A stretch of 64,000 nt of DNA, taken from sequence record NC_048053.1; one strand, 5' to 3'. Of this stretch, positions 28,742-37,336 are shown piece by piece (position 1 is the first letter of the stretch; every line of letters begins with the position of its first letter). The position numbers and the translations under genes are program-made. The notes beneath the pieces were generated by a model. That model had not been told where the DNA came from. It did no database searches and saw only the letters and a list, made by a program, of their open reading frames with translations.

Positions 28742-29583
28742 TAGCCTCTGCCCTTACCTCGCGATGCAAGGAATTTGCGACGTTCTTCTTCCGCAGCATT
28801 TCGATCTTTAATGTAACAACTATACCAATACAGAAGTTTCATCAAAGCACCATCATCCGGAAAATAAATCTTATTGGATGCGGCAAGGTCAAGCGACATA
28901 TTCATTAGCGACTGATCGCTATACGTTCGCAAGTGACTTAAAATTTCAATAGGCTGCAATGTAGTGTACTGGCGCAAACAGTGGTTACACTTGAATCGAG
29001 TTTCTAATTCGCAAATACGAAATGAAACCTGACGCGCTTTATGAATTGTGGAAAGATCTGAAAGTTGAATGGTTGTTTCCAAATCAACATCACTATCAAT
29101 CCAAATTGCGGCTTCTGCTTCCTTACCGTACTTTTCGAGAAGATCAAAATGCTCTACCCAACGTCGAACAGTAGGATGTTTGAAACCTTCGGGCATTTCT
29201 TGCCACGGATAAACTTTAATTTTCTGTCTCGCAATTTCTTCGGTGTTGAGTTTATTGCATTCGATTTCGCGAGAGCGCACACGCGGCGGTCTTTCATAGT
29301 GGCGTTGACCATCGCTTGTGATAAAGAAAGGCAGCACACAATTCCAGTTATAAATACGGTGGCTATCGGGCCAACTGCTTTTCTCAAACATCAAGATGAA
29401 GTAACGGAAATCTTCTAAAAGCATATCCATTAAATCAACATTCGTGAAATGCTGTAGCGTTTGCACAAACATTTCTGGCAGGACGTATTTTTGCGCATTG
29501 TACAAGCTAGGCATGTAATTAATCGTGAACTGCTTTTCAATGCGCACATCAACACGCCCGGAAGGGAGCGCTATCTCAAGCAT
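28741..29583 (-). CDS. tail / baseplate hub assembly chaperone
   Basis: C-terminal CNHC; paralogous to the upstream gene; precedes the tape measure gene. Confidence 0.6.
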   Translation of the reverse strand: MLEIALPSGRVDVRIEKQFTINYMPSLYNAQKYVLPEMFVQTLQHFTNVDLMDMLLEDFRYFILMFEKSSWPDSHRIYNWNCVLPFFITSDGQRHYERPPRVRSREIECNKLNTEEIARQKIKVYPWQEMPEGFKHPTVRRWVEHFDLLEKYGKEAEAAIWIDSDVDLETTIQLSDLSTIHKARQVSFRICELETRFKCNHCLRQYTTLQPIEILSHLRTYSDQSLMNMSLDLAASNKIYFPDDGALMKLLYWYSCYIKDRNAAEEERRKFLASRGKGRG

Positions 29584-30262
29584 GTTCGAAAATCTTCGCT
29601 TTCATTTCCCATGTACGATCTGATTCGCGTTTGCAAACCGGACACGTCATAGTTATGGTTGTTGGAATTCCATGCTGCGCCGCTTTAACCCATTCCTCAA
29701 GACGCATCCAGAGATTTAAATCAGTTTGCTTTTCAATAAGCGCATAGTTCTCATCAAAGTTAAGACCCATATGCGCAATAAACCAATTGAAACGCGATTC
29801 ATGAGCAACTTCGTAATTGCGCATACGAGGCAAATCAAATTCATCAGAATTCGCCCTGAGAGTTAAAACTGTCACAGCAGATTCATCAATGATGCCTGCG
29901 TTATGCGCATCACAAGGAAACGTATTCAATGGAAGTTCATCAGTGTCACGCAGATCCGGAAATACCCCATTGGCATATTCGAACAGCGGCTTATTGCATG
30001 TCCAGAAAACTCGAAGCGGGAAATTTTCAATTAACATGCGTTGTTGGAAAACAAGCGCATGAGCATCCTGAATTGAAAGCATATCAATAGGAATAGAAAG
30101 AACTTCCGGAAGTGCTTCAAGAAGAATGGGAGCAAGATTATCTTGTTCGATAGCTTTTGAAATATGATACGCTTGCTTTCCGCTAAACGGTTTCATATCA
30201 AAAGAAGGAGGAAGGCCAGATTTCCAGCCAGCGGAAGGAAGGCTGCGTGTGATGATTTCCAT
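29576..30262 (-). CDS. baseplate hub assembly protein (gp26-like)
   Basis: ITRSLPSAG...FDMKPF N-terminus; C-terminal MTCPVCK; start reassigned to MEIITRS. Confidence 0.65.
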   Translation of the reverse strand: MEIITRSLPSAGWKSGLPPSFDMKPFSGKQAYHISKAIEQDNLAPILLEALPEVLSIPIDMLSIQDAHALVFQQRMLIENFPLRVFWTCNKPLFEYANGVFPDLRDTDELPLNTFPCDAHNAGIIDESAVTVLTLRANSDEFDLPRMRNYEVAHESRFNWFIAHMGLNFDENYALIEKQTDLNLWMRLEEWVKAAQHGIPTTITMTCPVCKRESDRTWEMKAKIFEHA

Positions 30263-30272
30263 AAGTGTTTCC

Positions 30273-30785
30273 TTAAAACAGTAATCGTTGTGCGTCACAT
30301 TTCCATTGAACTGTCATAATGCCGCGACCACCAGTGCCATTAAGCTGTAACGACTGCATACCGATAGGCCACACGTTACGAACTTCTGACGTAGCAATCA
30401 CACGGCCTTTGATATCAAAGAGTGCAACGCGCAAACGTTTTTTATATGCGGAAGGGAGATTAAATCCACCAGTGTACGGATTTTGAATCAGAGTCTGCCA
30501 GCTTTGAAAATATTTCATCAGCGCCGCTTTCTGATCAATCCCCCATTGAGAAGAAAAGCCATCAATACTACTTCCATGAGGCCAGTGAATTTGAGTGCTT
30601 GCAACCTCTTTGGATTTCTCCGTATAAACAGGAAAAGGCAATTCGATCTCTTCACACGCGAGAGGACTTAAACTAACACCCCCAATTGTAGGAAGAGAAA
30701 CGATTCGCCATTTTTCTGTAGTAAACGGATCAGCCAAACCGGGAGCGCTCGCATCCATTAATTCAGTAAGCGTTACGGCAGGCAT
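30273..30785 (-). CDS. tail tube-like protein (gp54-like paralog)
   Basis: CEEIELPF...YFQSWQ...YKK...VWPIG tube-fold pattern; start reassigned to MPAVTL. Confidence 0.75.
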   Translation of the reverse strand: MPAVTLTELMDASAPGLADPFTTEKWRIVSLPTIGGVSLSPLACEEIELPFPVYTEKSKEVASTQIHWPHGSSIDGFSSQWGIDQKAALMKYFQSWQTLIQNPYTGGFNLPSAYKKRLRVALFDIKGRVIATSEVRNVWPIGMQSLQLNGTGGRGIMTVQWKCDAQRLLF

Positions 30786-30787
30786 AA

Positions 30788-31456
30788 TTATTTCTCCACG
30801 ATGATCAAACAAGGACGCATAGCGCCGTCGATTTTCATCATAGCCGCACCGACAATATAACCACGCGGAATAACTTTTAGCACTGCATCCTCAAGCGCTT
30901 TTTCCCACTTGTCTTTTGGCTTACCATCAAACGGGGAATAAGTATCCGTCGCATCATAGTAATTATAAGTTTCAGTTGTTGGCATAGGAACGCCAGCAAG
31001 AAACTCTAAACGATTTGCGCCAGAAATTTTCGCCTTACGAATTGCTTCTGTCAGTTTTTTATTTTCTTTGCCGACAGAGTTATCCACTTCGTAGATACGT
31101 GCTTCCATCGGTGCATCTTTTGGCTTAGTAGGAAGTTTTTCTTGAGCCGTGGTATTTGCTTTCTTACCAGTGACTTTGATTCCCTTCACCTTGCCAGTAA
31201 ACGGACGCGAACGACCTAACAGAGAGCGTGCAGTTTTAGCGTCAATCAGAAAAACAACATCGGGATCGTCACGATGCAGCACATAGATTTTATTCTTAAT
31301 GATGCACGTACCAAAAACATCTTTGGCTTCGATATCTGCCTCGAAATCTTTGTTCTCGATATAAACTTTTCGAGCACCTTCGAAACGATACCAGTCACAA
31401 TCTTCGATTTTGATTTTCGGTAAACGCGGAGCAGATACACTCACAAAAAACAGCAT
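30788..31456 (-). CDS. putative head protein with shared Y(K/R)YxG domain
   Basis: N-terminal VSVS-A motif; DWYRFEG...DVFGT domain. Confidence 0.6.
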   Translation of the reverse strand: MLFFVSVSAPRLPKIKIEDCDWYRFEGARKVYIENKDFEADIEAKDVFGTCIIKNKIYVLHRDDPDVVFLIDAKTARSLLGRSRPFTGKVKGIKVTGKKANTTAQEKLPTKPKDAPMEARIYEVDNSVGKENKKLTEAIRKAKISGANRLEFLAGVPMPTTETYNYYDATDTYSPFDGKPKDKWEKALEDAVLKVIPRGYIVGAAMMKIDGAMRPCLIIVEK

Positions 31457-31471
31457 ACAGTTACCTCAAAT

Positions 31472-31497
31472 CAGAAGTGGGGCCGAAGCCCCAACTT
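31472..31497 (-). terminator. UUCG hairpin after the tail tube gene
   Basis: GGGGC-TTCG-GCCCC followed by a weak U-tract. Confidence 0.65.
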
Positions 31498-31498
31498 A

Positions 31499-32014
31499 TT
31501 AAGATTTCGGCTTAACGTAGTCGAATGACCACTCAACAGTAACAGGGATTGCCTGAGCCGTGCCGTTAAATTGCAGATCCGGAACCTGTTTAGGCCACAC
31601 GCCGAAAATTTCATACTCTCCAGCAATGCTGCCGTCCTGTTTAAAGATACGGAAAACTACTTTGGTTGCGTATTCAGCTTTGACTGAGCCTAACTGAGTT
31701 TCAGTAGCACGAATCATTTCATGCCATTTTTCCAGCGGCTTATATACAGCCATTTCAGCGTTTTCGTTGAATTCAGTTGAGAAGCTATGCGTAAAAGTTT
31801 TACGACCTGCATAGTTCAACTGGAAACCAAACGCTTCTTTCAAAACTTCTTCCAGCGTTGAGCCGGGTTTCGCACCAGTTTTACACTGAATGCGCAACAT
31901 AGAAGTATACGACGTTCCACCAACAGCAGCAGGAACGTTGAACAGCATTTCGAAGTTATCATCCAGCAACGGATCGCCAGTGGATGCAAATTCGGTCAGA
32001 GTTACCTTTGGCAT
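31499..32014 (-). CDS. tail tube protein
   Basis: directly after the sheath; T4 gp19-like FEMLF...CKT...PG...EFNE...WHE...FGVWP...VEWSFDY. Confidence 0.9.
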   Translation of the reverse strand: MPKVTLTEFASTGDPLLDDNFEMLFNVPAAVGGTSYTSMLRIQCKTGAKPGSTLEEVLKEAFGFQLNYAGRKTFTHSFSTEFNENAEMAVYKPLEKWHEMIRATETQLGSVKAEYATKVVFRIFKQDGSIAGEYEIFGVWPKQVPDLQFNGTAQAIPVTVEWSFDYVKPKS

Positions 32015-32028
32015 TTTCTAAATTCTCC

Positions 32029-33714
32029 TTAGATTGCGCCGCGATTGATCAGATCGATAGCGTACTGAATATCACCGACAGGCGGCACAATTGCAGTAAC
32101 GTGAATACGTTTCGTGTAACGAGTAGGATCAAGGAAAATATCAATGATCAGATCGCCACGCGCTTCGTCCTGCGTAGAGTTGTTGGTATAGTCACATACA
32201 ACTTCATACCAATCCAAACCACGACCTAAGCGAATCGGTTCCAGAATACTTTCCATTCCGGTAATCTGCGCTTGTTTTAAAATGTCGTCGTTCGGTTCGA
32301 ATACCGCACGCAAGTTATTTGCGCGAGCGGAAGCATGAAGCATTGCGAGCAGACGGCGAACACCGATATCATTCAGTGCGCTGCGCGTAGTCATCGCAGT
32401 ATCTGCGCCCCACAGGAAAATACCTTCACCTTCGAAAACAGCAATCGGGTTGATTTGGTTTTCAACCAGCACATCACGATCATTCAATTTGAAACGGTGA
32501 CGAACATCAGTAGCGAAATCGATGTTACCGCGATTCAAACCGCCCGGTGCCAGCCAGCTTGCAATCTGATCCGTGTTCAACATGCAATACGCCATGCACA
32601 CAGAAGCCGGAACATAAAAATCGCGAGCGTTTGCAGTATCACGCGCTTTCACATCACTGTTACAGATCGCAGTCCAGCTATCAGTGATAGTAAATTCTGC
32701 GCCCTGATAAGTTTTAATGCCGCGACGATACGCAACAGCATTATCGCGTGCCTGCATGGTAACAGGGATACCGACTGTAGAGATACAGTCCATACGCGTT
32801 TGCGAAAGTTCATTGATCTTGTTTGCGATTACCGGATGTTCGATACCACCAGAACACAGAATACCGCAAGCGATCTGTTCCCAATCCTGATAGTTATCCC
32901 AACCTTCAACGATTGCGGCAAGCGAGTTGTTTGCAATCGTTTGATCGGAATGATCAACGTCGATGATATCGCCAGAAGTTGCACCAACAAACTGACCGTT
33001 AATTGCAGTCGGATTTGTCGGATCGTAAGGGCCACCACCGATAGCGTTGAACAGAACAAATTTCGGATCGTCCAACAGTTTGTAGTTATCTTCGTTCAAA
33101 CGGAAACGAATATAATTGGAGTTGTTGTTAATCACATCTTCAATGAAGAATTGATTTCCAGCATCATCACGCCAATAGAAGTTGGTCACAGTATGAGACT
33201 CAACTGGCGTGAGATTGTTGCCGATATAAACACGAATCAGCGCTTTAATGCCAAGCGGATCATTCGTGTCAGGCTGGAAAGAAATCCAGATATCATTTGC
33301 TTCGTCGTACTGAGACAGCGAATAAAACAGACCGATATCTTCGGAACGAAACGCAACCTGATCCGGATCTTCAAAACCTGCATCGCTCACAGGCCGCAGC
33401 GTAGCAAGGTTGTTGAACATCGTTGCAAACACGCCACCATATTTCGCATTGAGAGCAACGCGAGTTACATTCAAACGACGAGCTTTCGTCATAAGAATTT
33501 TAGCGATTAAAACGTTGATTGCATAACGACCCGTAGGTGAACCAAGTTTCGTTTCGATTTCATCTTTAGAAGTGATGGTAATATTTTTGCCGATTTCACC
33601 TTTCGGGAATGGCAGCACCAGCGTGCAATATCCGTTGGTAACAAGAGTAGACGAACCACTCCGGTCATTCTCCATCGTATACGTGCCAGCGCTCGGATGA
33701 TCAGGAAGTAGCAT
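32029..33714 (-). CDS. tail sheath protein 1
   Basis: SWLAPGGLNRG...ENQINPI...LWGADT...IGVRRLL...FEPND sheath C-terminal motifs. Confidence 0.95.
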   Translation of the reverse strand: MLLPDHPSAGTYTMENDRSGSSTLVTNGYCTLVLPFPKGEIGKNITITSKDEIETKLGSPTGRYAINVLIAKILMTKARRLNVTRVALNAKYGGVFATMFNNLATLRPVSDAGFEDPDQVAFRSEDIGLFYSLSQYDEANDIWISFQPDTNDPLGIKALIRVYIGNNLTPVESHTVTNFYWRDDAGNQFFIEDVINNNSNYIRFRLNEDNYKLLDDPKFVLFNAIGGGPYDPTNPTAINGQFVGATSGDIIDVDHSDQTIANNSLAAIVEGWDNYQDWEQIACGILCSGGIEHPVIANKINELSQTRMDCISTVGIPVTMQARDNAVAYRRGIKTYQGAEFTITDSWTAICNSDVKARDTANARDFYVPASVCMAYCMLNTDQIASWLAPGGLNRGNIDFATDVRHRFKLNDRDVLVENQINPIAVFEGEGIFLWGADTAMTTRSALNDIGVRRLLAMLHASARANNLRAVFEPNDDILKQAQITGMESILEPIRLGRGLDWYEVVCDYTNNSTQDEARGDLIIDIFLDPTRYTKRIHVTAIVPPVGDIQYAIDLINRGAI

Positions 33715-33751
33715 TATTATCTCCAAACAGCATGAAAACGTTGACGGTTTA

Positions 33752-33758
33752 AAATTAG
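33752..33758 (-). promoter_or_regulatory. candidate late promoter core CTAATTT
   Basis: about 38 nt upstream of the sheath start. Confidence 0.45.
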
Positions 33759-33771
33759 CGTACCGGAACGA

Positions 33772-34116
33772 TTAATACTGAATCACATGAACTCTTTGTT
33801 CAACTTCGGAAACTAAAATTGATTCCGGGAGTGCGCCAGTAAGTAAAAGTTGTCCGTGAATATCAACGAACACACTTCCGATTTGAATCTTTAACGGTTC
33901 GCCCGTGTCGATATGCAGAAAACCTTTTGTAGCAGGTAAAGCATATCCTTTTGGCCCGACGATAACAGAAATGGAATTAAAAATTTCATCTTCCGGAACA
34001 CCAACTGCGTGCGTCTGAGATCGAATAGGCGTGTTGTGATTTTGCGTAACTTCACGTACACGCGAATCAACAACTAATGTTCTCTCAAGAGAGCGATATC
34101 GAGTTTTCTTAAACAT
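33772..34116 (-). CDS. hypothetical structural protein
   Basis: start reassigned to MFKKTRY with GAGGA RBS. Confidence 0.7.
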   Translation of the reverse strand: MFKKTRYRSLERTLVVDSRVREVTQNHNTPIRSQTHAVGVPEDEIFNSISVIVGPKGYALPATKGFLHIDTGEPLKIQIGSVFVDIHGQLLLTGALPESILVSEVEQRVHVIQY

Positions 34117-34117
34117 A

Positions 34118-34780
34118 TTATTCCTCGTCCGGAACAAAATTGGCCTCACCAACATCAATTTCCGTATTGATTGTGATTTCGCCATAGTTATTTATTTTCG
34201 CAGTATCCATATTGAAACCGATCTTAGACTGAATCGTAAAAGGAATTTCAATTTCCATACTGGAAGGCGTACTCCCATCATCCAAGTCTTCAATGTTTGG
34301 AAAAGGAATACTATCGCCATCAATTAAGAAACGCGCTGTCCATTTTGTTGTTGGCATTTCAAGTTCAAACGCCAGCATTTCAACGGTATGCGCAATCATC
34401 AATTGCTGAGAAAATAAAAGTGCCTGTTCGTAATCCATAAACTTCACGTACATACTTCCAGATAGTGTGACAGGAAGATAGAAGTTTCGAATCACAATTG
34501 CGTTTGTAGGTTCCTTGCCAATAGCCCAACCAGATCCAAAGCGTCCGATGTTTTTTCCGTTGGCAAGAAAATCACGATTCAAAGCGAAGTTGGTAATCTT
34601 AAACCAACCGTAAGGATAGTTAGTGCTTTGATTGAACACAGCACGCAAACCTTGTTTCGGGTTATTGTGCATACTGAAAACAAATCGTGTTAAACCAAAG
34701 CCGCGTCTAATCTGACGTTGCACACCAAACAAAGTTGCTTTGAGCGACGTGCTTTGTTTTATGATCTGGTCAATGCTCAT
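34118..34780 (-). CDS. putative tail-completion / neck protein
   Basis: lies between capsid and sheath genes; start reassigned to MSIDQ. Confidence 0.55.
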   Translation of the reverse strand: MSIDQIIKQSTSLKATLFGVQRQIRRGFGLTRFVFSMHNNPKQGLRAVFNQSTNYPYGWFKITNFALNRDFLANGKNIGRFGSGWAIGKEPTNAIVIRNFYLPVTLSGSMYVKFMDYEQALLFSQQLMIAHTVEMLAFELEMPTTKWTARFLIDGDSIPFPNIEDLDDGSTPSSMEIEIPFTIQSKIGFNMDTAKINNYGEITINTEIDVGEANFVPDEE

Positions 34781-34799
34781 ATGAATTTTTCCGAAGCAG

Positions 34800-34830
34800 A
34801 AACAAAAAAGGAGGCCAAAAGGCCCCCTTA
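34800..34830 (-). terminator. intrinsic terminator
   Basis: AAGGGGGCC-TTTT-GGCCTCCTT-TTTTGTTT. Confidence 0.85.
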
Positions 34831-34850
34831 GTTTTACCCGCAGAGGGGCA

Positions 34851-35324
34851 TTATTTAATGCGCAGACGCAGACCAGAGGAAGATGATTCAAACTCACCAT
34901 CATCATTTGATTCTTCGTCATCGCCTTCGAATTCGAGATCATCGAGTTCGTCATCTTCAATCAGCAAATCATCTTCTTCGTCTTCCGGTTCATCTTCCGG
35001 ATCGCCTAGTGAAAGGGATTCGAAATCGTCTCCATCATACAGAGATTGTTGTTTCGCTTTAGAAGTTGTCGTTACCAAAGCAGCAGAAAGCGCTTGCACG
35101 GAATCGGCAAGCGAAGAACTTGCGGCGCTGACTGATTCACAAGGATTTGCACACACATCAATTAGAGTGCTTGCTTCAACGCTATCAGATAACTGACACG
35201 TTAAGAAATCTTCGCAATCAGGAGCGTGAGCAGCTTGTACCAAAATACGAGCTACATCTTCCCACTGGTTTTCGCGTGCCGCAACAATCGCAAGAGCAGC
35301 TAGGGAACCTGTCAACGTTTTCAT
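34851..35324 (-). CDS. acidic head-associated protein
   Basis: 157 aa with D/E-rich C-terminus; ESVS, ESLS and ESSS motifs. Confidence 0.75.
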   Translation of the reverse strand: MKTLTGSLAALAIVAARENQWEDVARILVQAAHAPDCEDFLTCQLSDSVEASTLIDVCANPCESVSAASSSLADSVQALSAALVTTTSKAKQQSLYDGDDFESLSLGDPEDEPEDEEDDLLIEDDELDDLEFEGDDEESNDDGEFESSSSGLRLRIK

Positions 35325-35345
35325 AAAAGTTCCTTAGATAAAAGA

Positions 35346-35412
35346 GGGAACACAATTTCTCATGTTCCCGACTTTAAAAAGTTTCTCACAATTTCTCGCA
35401 AGAAACTTTCTG
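35346..35412 (-). promoter_or_regulatory. twin hairpins with identical GAGAAATT loops after the capsid gene
   Basis: AAAGTTTCTTGC-GAGAAATT-GTGAGAAACTTT then GGGAACAT-GAGAAATT-GTGTTCCC. Confidence 0.7.
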
Positions 35413-35419
35413 CCTTACG

Positions 35420-36514
35420 TTAGGCTCTCTGCGCTTTAGCCACGGAGCGAACGTTAGCCAGCGTGAAGGAGAACACGCTAGACAGCAGCCAGCCACGGTC
35501 AGTAGAACCCTGATTCGCGCCAGAAGTAGGCTGAGACTGAGTGCCGCCGCGAGTGGTGTACATCGCGTGGTAATCCTGATCAGCTACAACATACAGTTCG
35601 CCGTCTTGCAGTACGCGATGTTCCGGAGCGCGGAAACCGTCAGTAACCAGATCCAGACCGAGCAGAGTACCGAGACGACCAGTAGTGATCAGTTCGTATT
35701 TACTTACCGGATCGAGAGCGGAAGTAAACTGATCGTTACCGATGATATCGTTCCAGTAATCAGCCGCCAGAATCGCGGTAGTTACAGGCATAGGCCACGC
35801 GCTCACTTGCTGTTTCAGAACAGACAGCAGGCGCGGAGTCAGTTCGCCGTGAATGTAAGTTACCGGGTTAGCCATACCGACAGAACGATCCGCCGCTTCT
35901 TTCCACAGACGATCTTCTGCAACCATGATAGATTGCAGACCGTCTTGCTGCGCACGATCCAGCAGGTCGCCGTTGATCTGTTCCAGATCCATGCGAGAAA
36001 CACGGATGATGGATTTCAGTTCAAACTCGTCCGGAGTGAACACACGACCGCGCAGTTGGCGATAACCATATTCAGAAGGACCGGTTGCAATAATTGCCTG
36101 GGCCTGGTGAGTTTTCAGTTCCACACGCGGAACGTCGCCCTGACGAACGGTTGCGCCTTTACAGATGCGACGCAGAAGACCTTGACGTTCAGCACGGTCT
36201 TCGATTGCGCCAACAATTGAGGCACCGAGAGAATCCCACTTCGCCGGATCAGCAGCAGCTTCTTCGATCAGTTGACGGTTTTCTTCGCGAATCTGATCTT
36301 TGGTCATGCCAACGTGAGATTCAGAAACTTCCTGAATGTCGCCGTTTTGTGCAGCATTCAGCAGTTGACCGATACGACCGATGAGATCTTTCTTGCTGAT
36401 CGCGTTCACTTCGCCCGTCGATTCAGACAGAATACGCTCACCGTTAATTTTCAGATCGTGCAACGGGTCGCCGTTACGCAGAACAACTTTAGCACCACGC
36501 AGTTGATTTTTCAT
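35420..36514 (-). CDS. major capsid protein (HK97 fold)
   Basis: 364 aa, strongly biased codons; follows protease, scaffold and a decoration-like gene; LLRRIC...QGDVPRV...DEFEL pattern. Confidence 0.88.
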   Translation of the reverse strand: MKNQLRGAKVVLRNGDPLHDLKINGERILSESTGEVNAISKKDLIGRIGQLLNAAQNGDIQEVSESHVGMTKDQIREENRQLIEEAAADPAKWDSLGASIVGAIEDRAERQGLLRRICKGATVRQGDVPRVELKTHQAQAIIATGPSEYGYRQLRGRVFTPDEFELKSIIRVSRMDLEQINGDLLDRAQQDGLQSIMVAEDRLWKEAADRSVGMANPVTYIHGELTPRLLSVLKQQVSAWPMPVTTAILAADYWNDIIGNDQFTSALDPVSKYELITTGRLGTLLGLDLVTDGFRAPEHRVLQDGELYVVADQDYHAMYTTRGGTQSQPTSGANQGSTDRGWLLSSVFSFTLANVRSVAKAQRA

Positions 36515-36567
36515 TTAATACTCCAGAAATTCTTTTCAGTTTAAAAAGTTTTTTGCGAGGTGTGTTA

Positions 36568-37272
36568 TTACACGCCCGGCGTTGCCAGTTCGAAGGTTGC
36601 GTAACCGTTGGTTGCATCCGGCGCTTTCTTGATGATAACGCCTTTCAGCAGAGTACCGTTGCCGCCGATAGTCAGCAGGCCGCCCGCACCGAGAGACGGA
36701 TTCAGAATGGTGTCATTCTGCCAGTCAGCGGAAGCGTCGATCATGTTGGTAGAGATATTACCCAACTTGATATAAGAAACGCGCTGGCGAATGTTGGTAG
36801 GCAGACCACCAACCGGAGCATCACCAGTGATTGCGCGAGCTTCGCTAACAGTCAGTTCCCACGCATACTGAATGTGAACTTTTTTGCCGATATCAGCGGA
36901 GTTGAATTGCAGTTCCGCGCCATCGAAAGCAACTTCACCTGCATCCGGAGCAGCGCCACCAGTAACTTCATCAGCTTTGGTTTTTGCGATCTTAACCAGA
37001 GTCTGACCAGCTTTCGGCAGGTGTTGCAGAGTGTACGCCAGAGTTGCGTCGATAGTGAATTCTTCAACAGCGATCTGGAAAGCAGGCGGCATGTTACGTG
37101 CCATTGCGAAACCTGCGAAGATTTCGCCCTGAACACCGCGAGACAGTTTCAGGAAGTTTTTACCGTTCTCACGATGCCAAACCAGAGCAACGCCTTCTTC
37201 GTGAATGACTTCACCCGGCAGCAGGTCAGCTTCATTAGACATTACAATGTCAGTTGCGATTTGATACAACAT
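36568..37272 (-). CDS. capsid decoration / structural protein
   Basis: immediately upstream of the capsid gene; high-expression codon bias. Confidence 0.7.
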   Translation of the reverse strand: MLYQIATDIVMSNEADLLPGEVIHEEGVALVWHRENGKNFLKLSRGVQGEIFAGFAMARNMPPAFQIAVEEFTIDATLAYTLQHLPKAGQTLVKIAKTKADEVTGGAAPDAGEVAFDGAELQFNSADIGKKVHIQYAWELTVSEARAITGDAPVGGLPTNIRQRVSYIKLGNISTNMIDASADWQNDTILNPSLGAGGLLTIGGNGTLLKGVIIKKAPDATNGYATFELATPGV

Positions 37273-37336
37273 AGTTTTATATCTCCGAAAAATTTAGTCT
37301 GAACTTTTATCAGTTCAATTACCGCGTCAGTCTACA

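Noticed and set aside
32335-33510. 391-aa plus-strand ORF
   Set aside because: Antisense to tail sheath 1; no recognisable motifs
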